Shown here in pieces: positions 1-8,840 of a stretch of DNA of 64,000 bases. How positions within the stretch are numbered: the first letter of the stretch is position 1; each line of letters opens with the position of its first letter. The stretch comes from an uncultured Gemmatimonadales bacterium (GTDB lineage: Bacteria; Gemmatimonadota; Gemmatimonadetes; Gemmatimonadales; GWC2-71-9): assembly GCA_963771275.1 (NCBI GenBank), contig CAVYSW010000010.1, forward strand, positions 352,001 through 416,000, in the 5' to 3' direction. The notes beneath the pieces are model-generated. The model was not told the DNA's origin, searched no databases, and was given only the letters and a program-made list of their open reading frames with translations. The position numbers were made by a program, and so were the translations under genes.

Positions 1-89
1 GCCGCAACACCCCGTTCGGCGGCCGGGAGCTGGCGGGGCGCGTCGTGCGCACCCTGGTGGGGGGACGTACGGTCTACGGCGCGGTATGA
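1..89 (+). CDS. pyrC: Dihydroorotase, 3' end (partial)
   Basis: Frame from nt 3 reads RNTPFGGRELAGRVVRTLVGGRTVYGAV*, the typical C-terminus of type I dihydroorotases; TGA at 87-89. Confidence 0.75.
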   Translation, partial: RNTPFGGRELAGRVVRTLVGGRTVYGAV

Positions 90-160
90 GGGACGACGTT
101 TCGCCGTTCAGCGGTCCGGGGTTATCTTGTCCCCATTCCCGGGGGCTCAGGGGGTAGCGG

Positions 161-1066
161 GTGGCCAGAAAGAGGGACAAGTCGGCGTCGGAGATCCAGC
201 GCCTGCTCGAGGACCGGCGCCGGATCGAGCAATGGCTGCAGCGCCTGGCGATGGCGGCTGACAAGACGCCGCCCGCGGTGCGCGAGCGGGTGCAGGGCGA
301 CTACGAGACTCGGCTCACGGCCGTCGTGGAGGAACTCAAGGGCTACGCGGACGACATCCACTCGTCGCTGTCCGACCTGCACGGGCGGCGCGACGACTTC
401 AAGGGCCAGGAGCGCGAAGCGACCGAGGAGCTGGCGGAAGCCGAGCTGCGGCACGCCGTCGGCGAATTCGGCGAGGCCGAGTGGCGCGAGAAGAAGGGCT
501 CGATCCTCGAGCGTCTGATCACGATCCGCGAGGGGCTGGCGGAAACCGAGGAGGAGATCACCGAGCTCGAGGAAGTGCTGGACGCGGTGGAGTCGCCGCC
601 GGCGCCCGCCGCCGAGCCCGCGCGGTCGTCGGGTGCGCACGTGGTCCCACAGGCCGCCGCGAGCGCCCCGGCGGAGCGGCTCTCGCTCGGATCCGAGCTG
701 GGGCTGCGGGACCTGAGCCGCGCGCCCGCGCGGGTGGAGCCGCCCCCGCCGCCACGCGTCGAGCAGCGTCCGGAGCCGGCGCCCGAGCCGGAGCCCGTGC
801 TCGAGCCGGAATCACGCTCCGAGGATTTCGGCGACGAGCTGGCCTTCCTCAAGGCCGTGACCGACGAGAAGCGTCCTGCGGAATCCTCCCGCCGGGGGCC
901 CGCCAGGCCGGCGGCCGTCGAGAAGGCGTCGGAAGCGCCCGCTGTGGGGCAGTCGCGCCCGAGCGTGATCAATCAGCGGACGCTGAAATGCGGCGAGTGC
1001 GGCGCGATGAACCTGCCGACCGAGTGGTACTGCGACCGCTGTGGAGCGGAGCTGGCCGCCCTCTGA
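161..1066 (+). CDS. Hypothetical protein: coiled-coil N-terminus, Pro/Glu linker, C-terminal zinc ribbon
   Basis: GC3-biased ORF; heptad-like E/L/R-rich N-half; C-terminal CGECG...WYCDRCG. Confidence 0.8.
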   Translation: MARKRDKSASEIQRLLEDRRRIEQWLQRLAMAADKTPPAVRERVQGDYETRLTAVVEELKGYADDIHSSLSDLHGRRDDFKGQEREATEELAEAELRHAVGEFGEAEWREKKGSILERLITIREGLAETEEEITELEEVLDAVESPPAPAAEPARSSGAHVVPQAAASAPAERLSLGSELGLRDLSRAPARVEPPPPPRVEQRPEPAPEPEPVLEPESRSEDFGDELAFLKAVTDEKRPAESSRRGPARPAAVEKASEAPAVGQSRPSVINQRTLKCGECGAMNLPTEWYCDRCGAELAAL

Positions 1067-1088
1067 GGGGCGGTGGGGACCAAGAGCG

Positions 1089-1122
1089 AGACGGGGCGCA
1101 CGACCGACCGTGCGCCCCGTCT
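1089..1122. terminator. Likely bidirectional terminator hairpin
   Basis: Perfect 14-bp stem AGACGGGGCGCACG / CGTGCGCCCCGTCT with a 6-nt loop, between convergent genes. Confidence 0.7.
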
Positions 1123-1145
1123 GCTGTTTCGGATCGGCGTCGGCG

Positions 1146-1397
1146 CTACGACTTGCGCGCCGCCTTCGCGAGCCGCGACTTGAGACGCGCGGCTGTGTTG
1201 CGATGGATCAGGCCCTTGCGGGCTGCGCGGTCCAGCTCCGTCTCGGCCGCCTTGAACGCCTGCGTGGCCTCCTCGGGCGTCGCGGCGCCGCGCGCCTTCT
1301 TCACGGCCGTGCGCAAGGCGGCGCGCTGCGGGCGATTGCGGGCCCGGCCGCGGGCGGTCTGGCGCATGCGTTTCTTGGCTGAGCGGGTGTTCGGCAC
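1146..1397 (-). CDS. rpsT: 30S ribosomal protein S20
   Basis: GTG start; PNTRSAKKRMRQ...DRAARKGLIHRNTAARLKSRL. Confidence 0.97.
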   Translation of the reverse strand: MPNTRSAKKRMRQTARGRARNRPQRAALRTAVKKARGAATPEEATQAFKAAETELDRAARKGLIHRNTAARLKSRLAKAARKS

Positions 1398-1437
1398 GTC
1401 GTTTTCCCTCGGTGTCTGGACCGGCGAAAGAGGCGGA

Positions 1438-1508
1438 AACCTATGGCGCAAGTCACGTGGAGTCAAGGCTGTAGGGGCTTTGACACTCGTCGCCGCCGCG
1501 GTTACGTT
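1438..1508. promoter_or_regulatory. Divergent sigma70 promoters for rpsT and scpA
   Basis: Plus: TTGACA(1480-1485)-17 nt-TACGTT(1503-1508). Minus: TTGACT(1466-1461)-17 nt-TAGGTT. Confidence 0.7.
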
Positions 1509-1519
1509 GCCGTGATCCG

Positions 1520-2254
1520 ATGACGCAGCTTCCTGCCCCGCCGCATGACCAGGGCTTCATCGTCCGCCTCGAGGAATACTCCGGGCCGCTCGACCTGCTG
1601 CTCACGCTGATCCGCGAGCAGGAGATCGACATCGCCGACATCCCGATCGCCCAGATCGCCGACCAGTTCATGGCCGCGATCCACCAACTCGGGTTGAACC
1701 AGGCGGCCGACTATCTCGAGATGGCCGCCCGGCTGCTGCGCATCAAGATCCAGCTGCTGTTGCCGCGGCCGCTGGACGACGAGGACTGGGAGGACCCCCG
1801 CGCGGAGCTGGTGCGCCGGCTGCTCGAATACGAGCAGATTCGCGAGGTCGTGGACTGGCTGGTCGAGCGCGCCACGCTGCGGGCCGACCGATTCGCCCGG
1901 GGATGGCTGCCGCTGGCGCCGGACGTGCCGCCCGCGCCCGTGCCGCTCGATCTGCCGGCGCTGCTGCAGGCGGTCGAGGACGTGATCCGCGGGCTGCCGC
2001 AGCCGATGCTGCACCGGGTCGTGCCGCGCCCGCTCGACGTGGAGGGCGCGACCCGGCGGATCGAGGCGCTGCTCGGCGAGCGCGAGCGGTTTGCCCTGCG
2101 CGATGCGTTCGGCCCCGCTCCCACGATCGCAGACGTGATCTCCACCCTGCTGGCGATTCTCGAGCTGGCGCGGGTCGGGCGCATCCGCGTCATGCAGCGC
2201 TCCCCCTTCGGCACCGTGGACGTCTCCCGTGGATCGATTGAACAGGCTGCTTGA
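1520..2254 (+). CDS. scpA: Segregation and condensation protein A
   Basis: YSGPLDLLLTLI...DYLEMAARLLRIK...EDPRAELVRRLLEY. Confidence 0.95.
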   Translation: MTQLPAPPHDQGFIVRLEEYSGPLDLLLTLIREQEIDIADIPIAQIADQFMAAIHQLGLNQAADYLEMAARLLRIKIQLLLPRPLDDEDWEDPRAELVRRLLEYEQIREVVDWLVERATLRADRFARGWLPLAPDVPPAPVPLDLPALLQAVEDVIRGLPQPMLHRVVPRPLDVEGATRRIEALLGERERFALRDAFGPAPTIADVISTLLAILELARVGRIRVMQRSPFGTVDVSRGSIEQAA

Positions 2255-2786
2255 AGCGGCGCTGTTCGCCGCGTCGCGACCGCTCGCGCTCGACGAGCTG
2301 CGCCGGCTGGATCCCGAGGCGACCGACGACGAGGTGGTGGCGGCGCTCGACGGGCTGCGGCGGCGCTACGACGACGGTGGGCACGGGATCGCGCTGGTCG
2401 CCCTGGCCGACGGCTACCAGATCCTCACCCGGCCCGAGCTCGCCGACGCCATCGCGGAGGCGCAGATCGTCGACCGGCCCCGCAAGCTCTCGACCCCCGC
2501 CATGGAGACCCTGGCCATCATCGCCTACCGCCAGCCGGTTGGGCGGGCGGAGGTCGAGGAGATCCGCGGGGTCGCGGCGGACGGCGTGCTGCGCCTGCTG
2601 CTCGAGCGCGGGCTGATCGACGTGGTGGCGCGGGGGGAAGGCCTCGGGCGGCCGCTGCTGTATGGCACGACGCCGGCGTTCCTCGAGCTGCTGGGCCTGC
2701 CGTCGATCGCCGAGCTGCCCCGGCTCGACGAGCTGTCCGTGGCGCTGACGCCGATCGCGCGGCCCAGCCTCGACGAGGTCACGTGA
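2229..2786 (+). CDS. scpB: Segregation and condensation protein B
   Basis: LEAALFA...ETLAIIAYRQP..EIRGV...GRPLLYGTT. Confidence 0.95.
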   Translation: MDRLNRLLEAALFAASRPLALDELRRLDPEATDDEVVAALDGLRRRYDDGGHGIALVALADGYQILTRPELADAIAEAQIVDRPRKLSTPAMETLAIIAYRQPVGRAEVEEIRGVAADGVLRLLLERGLIDVVARGEGLGRPLLYGTTPAFLELLGLPSIAELPRLDELSVALTPIARPSLDEVT

Positions 2787-3499
2787 CGGCGATGCGGCTG
2801 CAGCGCGCGCTCGCGCGCGCCGGCGTCGCCTCGCGCCGCGCCGCCGAGGAGCTGATCCGCGGCGGCCGGGTGCGGGTCAACGGCCAGGTCGCGAGCCTCG
2901 GCAGCTCGGCGGATCCCGCGGTGGATACGATCACCGTCGACGGCCGGCGCGTGCGCGCCGGGGCCGAGGACGTCTGGATCGCGCTGCACAAGCCCGTGGG
3001 GTACGTCGTCAGTCGCAGCGATCCCGAGGGTCGCCGCACCGTGTTCCAGCTGGTGCCGCGGGTGCCCGGCCTCACCTACGTGGGCCGGCTCGACGTGATG
3101 ACCGACGGCCTGCTGCTGCTCACCACCGACGGGGCGGCCGCCAACCTGTTGACGCACCCCCGTCACGGCGTCGAGCGGAGCTACCGCGCGCTGGTGCACG
3201 GCCGCTCCACGGAGGACGTGCGCCGGCTGCTCGCCCGGCCCGTCGTGATCGACGGCCGGCCGGTGAACGTCACGCGCGCGCGGGTCCGGGCCGCGGAGGG
3301 CGGCCGCACGGACGTCACGCTGGTGCTGGCCGAAGGGCGCTACCGCATCGTGCGCCGGCTGTGCGAGCGGCTCGAGCTCAAGGTCGAGCGGCTCACGCGC
3401 CTGAGCCACGGGCCGGTCCAGCTCGGCCGGATGGCGTCCGGGACCTGGCGCCATCTCACGAAGGCCGAGCGCGCGGGGCTCCGCGCGCTCCGGACATAG
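2783..3499 (+). CDS. rluB: RsuA/RluB-family pseudouridine synthase
   Basis: S4 domain RLQRALARAGVASRRAAEELI; catalytic GRLD; follows scpAB. Confidence 0.9.
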   Translation: MTAMRLQRALARAGVASRRAAEELIRGGRVRVNGQVASLGSSADPAVDTITVDGRRVRAGAEDVWIALHKPVGYVVSRSDPEGRRTVFQLVPRVPGLTYVGRLDVMTDGLLLLTTDGAAANLLTHPRHGVERSYRALVHGRSTEDVRRLLARPVVIDGRPVNVTRARVRAAEGGRTDVTLVLAEGRYRIVRRLCERLELKVERLTRLSHGPVQLGRMASGTWRHLTKAERAGLRALRT

Positions 3500-3516
3500 G
3501 CGATCGAGACCACGGC

Positions 3517-5160
3517 ATGGACATACGCGACCGGACCATTCTGATCCTCGGCGGCAGCGGCCTCGTCGGCCACGCGATCGCGCGACGGCTGCTCACGCTT
3601 GGCCCCCGGCGGGTCGTGCTGGTCGGCCTGTACGAGGACGAGCTGCGGCAGGCGGCGGAAACGCTGGCGCCGCACCGCGGCGCGGCGGCGATCGAGATCG
3701 AGTGGGGCAACGTGTTCCTGCCCACCGGGGCCGCCCGGGTCGATCGCGCCGTGGCCTTGGCCGACCCGGCGCTGCGCCGCCAGATGCTGGAGGACGTGGT
3801 CGGCGAGCTCACGCCGGCGGTCCTGCAGCGCAGCTTCCTCTACCAGCTGTTCCAGCGTCACGAGCCCGAGGTGGTGGTCGACTGCATCAACACCGCCACC
3901 GCGTTCGCCTACCAGGACATCCTGCACTCGGCGCGCGCGCTGCTCGCCGCGGCGGATGCGGGGACCGCGTCGCGCGATCTCGTCGAGCAGCACGTGCTCA
4001 CGCTCACCATGCCCCAGCTGATCCGGCACATCCAGATCCTCGCCGAGACGATGCGCGTGTTCCGCACGCAGGCGTACGTGAAGATCGGGACGAGCGGCAC
4101 CGGCGGCATGGGGCTCAACATCCCCTACACGCATTCCGAGGAGCGGCCGTCGCGCACGCTGCTCACCAAGTCGGCGGTGGCGGGCGCCCACTCGATGCTG
4201 CTGTTCCTGCTGGCGCGGACGCCGTGGGCGCCAAGCACGATCGAGATCAAGCCGACGGCGGCGATCGCGTGGCGCGAGATCGACTTCGGGCCGATCCGGC
4301 GGCGCGGGGCGCCGATCCCGCGGGTGGACTGCCCCGAGCCGCTGCCCGTGGCGGCCGCGTTCCGGCCCGACGCAGCGGGCTGGCGCGCCACCGGCCGCGC
4401 CCTCGAGTCGGTGTTCGTGGACGTGGGGGAGAACGGGCTGTTCGCGCGCGACGAGTTCGAGACGCTCACGGCGCTCGGCTCGATGGAGTTCATCACGGCC
4501 GAGGAGATCGCGGACTACGTGCTGCTCGAGCTGCAGGGGCGTCCCACCGGCCGGGACATCGTCGCGGCGCTCGACTCGGCGACGGCCGGCCCGACCTACC
4601 AGGCAGGCATCCTGCGGGCATTCGCCATCGAGCGGCTCAAGCTGCTCGAGGCGCGGCACGGCGTGCGGCCGGTGGCGTTCGAGATGCTGGGGCCCCCCCG
4701 CCTGTCGAAGAACCTGTTCGAGGGCTTCATCTGGTCCCGGCTGCGCGGCTCGGTGCGCGCGCTGGCGGAGAGCCGGCCGGGCGATCTCGCCGACGCCGCC
4801 GCGCACCTCGTGCGCGGCGACGCGGAGCTGCGGTCGATGATCCTCACGGTGGGCCTGCCGATCCTCGTGGCGGGCGACCGCGTGTACCGCGGCGCCACGG
4901 TGATCGTGCCGCCGGCCGACGGCGACGTCGACGCGGCGGCCGCGCGCGGGTGGGTGGACCTGCGGGCGGCGAGCTGCGCCACCTGGATTCGGCGGGCAGG
5001 GCAGGTGCTGGAGCAGGAAGCGGCGCGGCAGGCGGCCGCCCGCGGGACCGGCAGCGACGAGCCGTGGGGCGCGATGGTGGCGACCGACGCGATCGAGCCC
5101 GCCCGGTTCGCCACATGGATCTTCAAGTACGAGGACGAAGGGGAGCGAATCAAGCGATGA
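3517..5160 (+). CDS. Large Rossmann-fold (SDR-like) protein of unknown function
   Basis: ATG at 3517; ILILGGSGLVG nucleotide-binding motif; YVKIGTSGTGGMGLNIPYTHSEE block. Confidence 0.8.
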   Translation: MDIRDRTILILGGSGLVGHAIARRLLTLGPRRVVLVGLYEDELRQAAETLAPHRGAAAIEIEWGNVFLPTGAARVDRAVALADPALRRQMLEDVVGELTPAVLQRSFLYQLFQRHEPEVVVDCINTATAFAYQDILHSARALLAAADAGTASRDLVEQHVLTLTMPQLIRHIQILAETMRVFRTQAYVKIGTSGTGGMGLNIPYTHSEERPSRTLLTKSAVAGAHSMLLFLLARTPWAPSTIEIKPTAAIAWREIDFGPIRRRGAPIPRVDCPEPLPVAAAFRPDAAGWRATGRALESVFVDVGENGLFARDEFETLTALGSMEFITAEEIADYVLLELQGRPTGRDIVAALDSATAGPTYQAGILRAFAIERLKLLEARHGVRPVAFEMLGPPRLSKNLFEGFIWSRLRGSVRALAESRPGDLADAAAHLVRGDAELRSMILTVGLPILVAGDRVYRGATVIVPPADGDVDAAAARGWVDLRAASCATWIRRAGQVLEQEAARQAAARGTGSDEPWGAMVATDAIEPARFATWIFKYEDEGERIKR

Positions 5161-6131
5161 CGTCCCGTGCCGCCCCGTCGGGGGATGCGCCGCTCACGAC
5201 CACGATCGTGCAGGAGGTCGCGCGGCGGGTCGTGGGCCAGGAGGCGATGGTGGAGCGCCTGCTCATCGGCTTGCTCACGGGCGGGCATATCCTGCTCGAA
5301 GGCGTGCCGGGGCTCGCGAAGACGCTGGCGGTCCGCTCGCTCGCCGAGGCGATCCGCACCACGTTCCGCCGGATCCAGTTCACGCCCGACCTGCTGCCGG
5401 CGGACATCATCGGCACGATGGTGTTCGACCAGCGGACCGGCGAGTTCCGGCCGAAGCGGGGACCGCTGTTCGCCAACATCGTGCTGGCCGACGAAGTGAA
5501 CCGGGCGCCGCCCAAGGTGCAGGCGGCGCTGCTCGAGGCGATGCAGGAAAAGCAGGTGACGATCGGCGGCGACACCCACCTGCTGGCCGAGCCGTTCATC
5601 GTGCTCGCCACGCAGAACCCGATCGAGCAGGAGGGGACCTACCCCCTGCCCGAGGCGCAGCTCGACCGGTTCATGCTGAAGGTGCACGTGGGCTATCCGA
5701 CGCGTGAGGAGGAGAAGGAGATCCTCTGGCGCATGGCGGGCGGCCGGCCGATCCCGATCACGGCGGTGGCGGAGGCGACCGACATCCTGGCGCTGCGCCA
5801 GACGATCGCCGAGCTGTACATGGACCAGAAGATCGTGGACTACGTGGTGGACGTGGTGCGCGCGACCCGCGAGCCGCAGAAGGTAGGCCTGCACGAGGTG
5901 AAGCCGCTGATCGCCTACGGGGCCAGCCCGCGGGCGTCGATCTACCTCGCCCAGGCGGCGCGGGCGCACGCCTACCTGCGGGGCCGCGCGTACGTGGTGC
6001 CCGAGGACGTGAAGGCGATGGCGTTCGACGTGCTGCGCCATCGCGTGCTGCTCACCTTCGAGGCCGAGGCGGAGGACCTCACCTCGGACGACGTGATCGC
6101 GAAGGTGCTGGGCGCCGTGCCGGTGCCGTGA
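5157..6131 (+). CDS. moxR: MoxR-family AAA+ ATPase
   Basis: LEGVPGLAKT, RIQFTPDLLPAD, DEVNRAPPKVQ, ATQNPIEQEGTYPLPEAQLDRF. Confidence 0.95.
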   Translation: MTSRAAPSGDAPLTTTIVQEVARRVVGQEAMVERLLIGLLTGGHILLEGVPGLAKTLAVRSLAEAIRTTFRRIQFTPDLLPADIIGTMVFDQRTGEFRPKRGPLFANIVLADEVNRAPPKVQAALLEAMQEKQVTIGGDTHLLAEPFIVLATQNPIEQEGTYPLPEAQLDRFMLKVHVGYPTREEEKEILWRMAGGRPIPITAVAEATDILALRQTIAELYMDQKIVDYVVDVVRATREPQKVGLHEVKPLIAYGASPRASIYLAQAARAHAYLRGRAYVVPEDVKAMAFDVLRHRVLLTFEAEAEDLTSDDVIAKVLGAVPVP

Positions 6132-7024
6132 TGCGGGCCGCGCGGGTCGTAAGCGCCGACGTCCTGCGCCAGGTCAAGCTGATCGAGCTCAGGGCGCGCC
6201 GGCTCGTCACCACCCTGTTCTCCGGCGAGTACCGCTCGGTGTTCCGCGGGCAGGGGATCGAGTTCGCGGAAGTCCGGGCGTACGAGCTGGGCGACGACTT
6301 CCGGGCGATCGACTGGAACGTCTCGGCGCGCATGGGCTCGCCGTTCGTCAAGACGTTCGAGGAGGAGCGCGAGCTGACGCTCTTCCTGCTGGTGGATCGC
6401 TCGGGCTCGGTCAACTTCGGGCGGCCGCGCTACAAGGCCGACGTCGCGCTCGAGGTGGCCGCCGTGCTCGCCCTCGCCGCCGCGCGGCAGAACGACCGGG
6501 TCGGCGCCCTGTTGTTCGCCGACACCGTGGAACAGGTGGTGCCGCCCGCCAAGGGACGCCGCCACGTGCTGCGCGTGATCCGCGACCTGCTGGCGTTCAC
6601 GCCGGCCGGCAAGGGCACCAACCTCGGCGCCGCGCTGGGGTACGCGTCGCGCCTGCTGCGGCACCGCGCGATCGTCGTGGTGATCTCCGATTTCCGGGCG
6701 ACCGGCTGGGAGCTGCCGCTGCAGCGCCTGGGCCGGCGCCACGAGGTGGTGGCGATCACCGTGGACGATCCCCGCGAGATCGAGCTGCCCGATTCCGGGT
6801 GGGTCGAGCTGGAGGACCTCGAGACCGGCCAGCGGGCGCTGGTCGACACCTCGGATGAGGGCGCGCGCCTCAAGCTGCGGATCGCCGCCGAGGAGCTGCG
6901 GCTCGCCCGCGCGCGCCTGCTGCAGCGCGCCAGCGTGGATCACGTTCCCCTGATGACCGACCGGCCCTACGCGCAGACGCTGCACACGGCGTTCGCCGCG
7001 CGCGCGCGCCGGCTCAAGCGGTGA
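6128..7024 (+). CDS. DUF58 VWA-like protein
   Basis: GEYRSVFRGQGIEFAEVRAY..GDDFRAIDWNVSAR; DRSGS. Confidence 0.92.
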   Translation: MMRAARVVSADVLRQVKLIELRARRLVTTLFSGEYRSVFRGQGIEFAEVRAYELGDDFRAIDWNVSARMGSPFVKTFEEERELTLFLLVDRSGSVNFGRPRYKADVALEVAAVLALAAARQNDRVGALLFADTVEQVVPPAKGRRHVLRVIRDLLAFTPAGKGTNLGAALGYASRLLRHRAIVVVISDFRATGWELPLQRLGRRHEVVAITVDDPREIELPDSGWVELEDLETGQRALVDTSDEGARLKLRIAAEELRLARARLLQRASVDHVPLMTDRPYAQTLHTAFAARARRLKR

Positions 7025-7863
7025 TCGCGGCGCTCCTCGCCGCCCTGGCCGTACAGGGCGGTGCGTGGACCGTGCGGCCCGCGGCGCCGACCGTGGGCGA
7101 CACCGTGCGGCTCGAGCGGCTCGTGCCCGCGCCCGGCGGCGTGCTCGGGCGCGCCCGGCCGCTCGAGGCGAGCGACACGATCGAGCCGCTGCTCCCGCCC
7201 GAGATCGTCCCGGCCGAGGGCGGGCTGCGGGTGCGCTACACCGTGGCCGTGTTCGCCCCCGGCCGGCTGGCGCTCGCGATGCCGGCGCTTGAGCTGGTCT
7301 ATCCCGACGGCGCCGTGGAGCTGGTGCTGGGCGACACCGCGGAGATCGCCGTCGCGTCGGTCATCCCCGATTCGACGACCCGGCCGACGCCGCGCCCGTC
7401 GCTCGCGCCGATCGCCCGCGTCGGACGGAGCCCGGCGCCTCTGCTCGCGCTGCTCGCGGGTGTGAGCGCGCTGCTCGCCCTGTGGACGGCGCGGCGGCGC
7501 CGCGGCCGCCGCGCCGCCGCGCTGCCGCCGGCGCCGGTCGCGCCGGTACCGCCCCTCCCGCTGATGCGCTGGCTCGGGCTTGGCGAGCGCCGGGCGGTCG
7601 CGAGCCTCGCGGCCGATCGGCTGCGCCGCCGCCTCGAAACCCTGGTGCCCGCCGCAGGCCGCGGCCTGGCGGTCGACGACTGCCTCGCCGCGCTCGCCGC
7701 AGAGCGGCCGGCCTGGCCGCTGCCGGAGATCGCGGCGGTGCTGGCGGCGCTCGAGCGGGCGCGGTTCGCCCCGCTCACGGCGGATGACGCCGCGGAGCTG
7801 GTGGACCGCACCGACCTACTGCTCGAGCAGCTCACCCCCGACGGGGCAGAGGTTTCCGCGTGA
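7021..7863 (+). CDS. Bat-cluster membrane-anchored hypothetical protein
   Basis: Signal-like N-terminus and one TM helix; overlapping start/stop codons with DUF58 and batA. Confidence 0.7.
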   Translation: MIAALLAALAVQGGAWTVRPAAPTVGDTVRLERLVPAPGGVLGRARPLEASDTIEPLLPPEIVPAEGGLRVRYTVAVFAPGRLALAMPALELVYPDGAVELVLGDTAEIAVASVIPDSTTRPTPRPSLAPIARVGRSPAPLLALLAGVSALLALWTARRRRGRRAAALPPAPVAPVPPLPLMRWLGLGERRAVASLAADRLRRRLETLVPAAGRGLAVDDCLAALAAERPAWPLPEIAAVLAALERARFAPLTADDAAELVDRTDLLLEQLTPDGAEVSA

Positions 7864-8840
7864 GCTTCGCCCGCCCGCTGCTCCTGCTGCTGCTGGCCGC
7901 GCTGCCGCTGTGGTGGTGGCGCCGTGCGCGCCAGCGCCGCCCGACCGCCCGGTTCAGTGACCTCGCCGCCGTGAGCCCGGTGGCGCGCCAGCGCCGCTGG
8001 CTCGGTGAGCTGCCCGCGGCGTTCCGCTCGGTCACGCTCGGGGCGTGGATTATTGCCGCCGCCGGCCCGCGGCTCGGCGGTGACGCGGTGCAGGTGACGA
8101 GCGACGGCATCGCCATCGTGCTGACGGTGGACGTCTCCAGCAGCATGCTGGCCGAGGATTTCACGCCGTCCAACCGCCTGGACGTGGCGCGCGAGCGGTC
8201 CGTCGCGTTCGTGCGGGGACGCCGGTACGACCGGATCGGTCTGGTGTCGTTCGCCGGGGAGGCGCTCACCCGCGTGCCGCTCACGACCGACTACGCCGTG
8301 CTGGAACAGGCGATCCTCGATCTCCGCGTGGGCGAGCTCGACGACGGTACGGCGATCGGCACTGCCATCGCGGTGGCGGCCAACCGGCTGCGGCGCGCGC
8401 AGGGCGCGAGCAAGGTCGTGGTGCTGCTCACCGACGGCGAGAACAACCGCGGCCGGGTGGACCCGCGCACCGCGGCGGTCGCCGCCAAGGAGTTCGGCAT
8501 CCGGATCTACACGATCGGGGTCGGCACCCAGGGCGAGGCGCGCCTGCCGATCGGACGCGGCCCCGAGGGGCAGCTGCGCTATCAGATGATGCCGGTGCGG
8601 ATCGACGAGCCGCTGCTGCGCGACGTCGCGGGGACCACGGGCGGGCGCTACTTCCGCGCCACCGACGGCGCCGCGCTGAGCCGCATCTTCGAGCAGATCG
8701 ACCAGCTTGAGAAGACGCCCGTGCAGGTGACGCGCTACCGCAGCGTCGAGGAGTCGTACCGGGCGCCGGTGCTGATCGGGCTGGGGGCGCTGGTGCTCGA
8801 GCTGATCGTCGCGGCCACGATCGTGGTGCGGGTGCCCTGA
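7860..8840 (+). CDS. batA: BatA-like VWA protein
   Basis: MSFARPLLLL N-terminus; DVSSSMLAEDF.PSNRL; DGTAIG; LLTDGENN. Confidence 0.9.
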   Translation: MSFARPLLLLLLAALPLWWWRRARQRRPTARFSDLAAVSPVARQRRWLGELPAAFRSVTLGAWIIAAAGPRLGGDAVQVTSDGIAIVLTVDVSSSMLAEDFTPSNRLDVARERSVAFVRGRRYDRIGLVSFAGEALTRVPLTTDYAVLEQAILDLRVGELDDGTAIGTAIAVAANRLRRAQGASKVVVLLTDGENNRGRVDPRTAAVAAKEFGIRIYTIGVGTQGEARLPIGRGPEGQLRYQMMPVRIDEPLLRDVAGTTGGRYFRATDGAALSRIFEQIDQLEKTPVQVTRYRSVEESYRAPVLIGLGALVLELIVAATIVVRVP

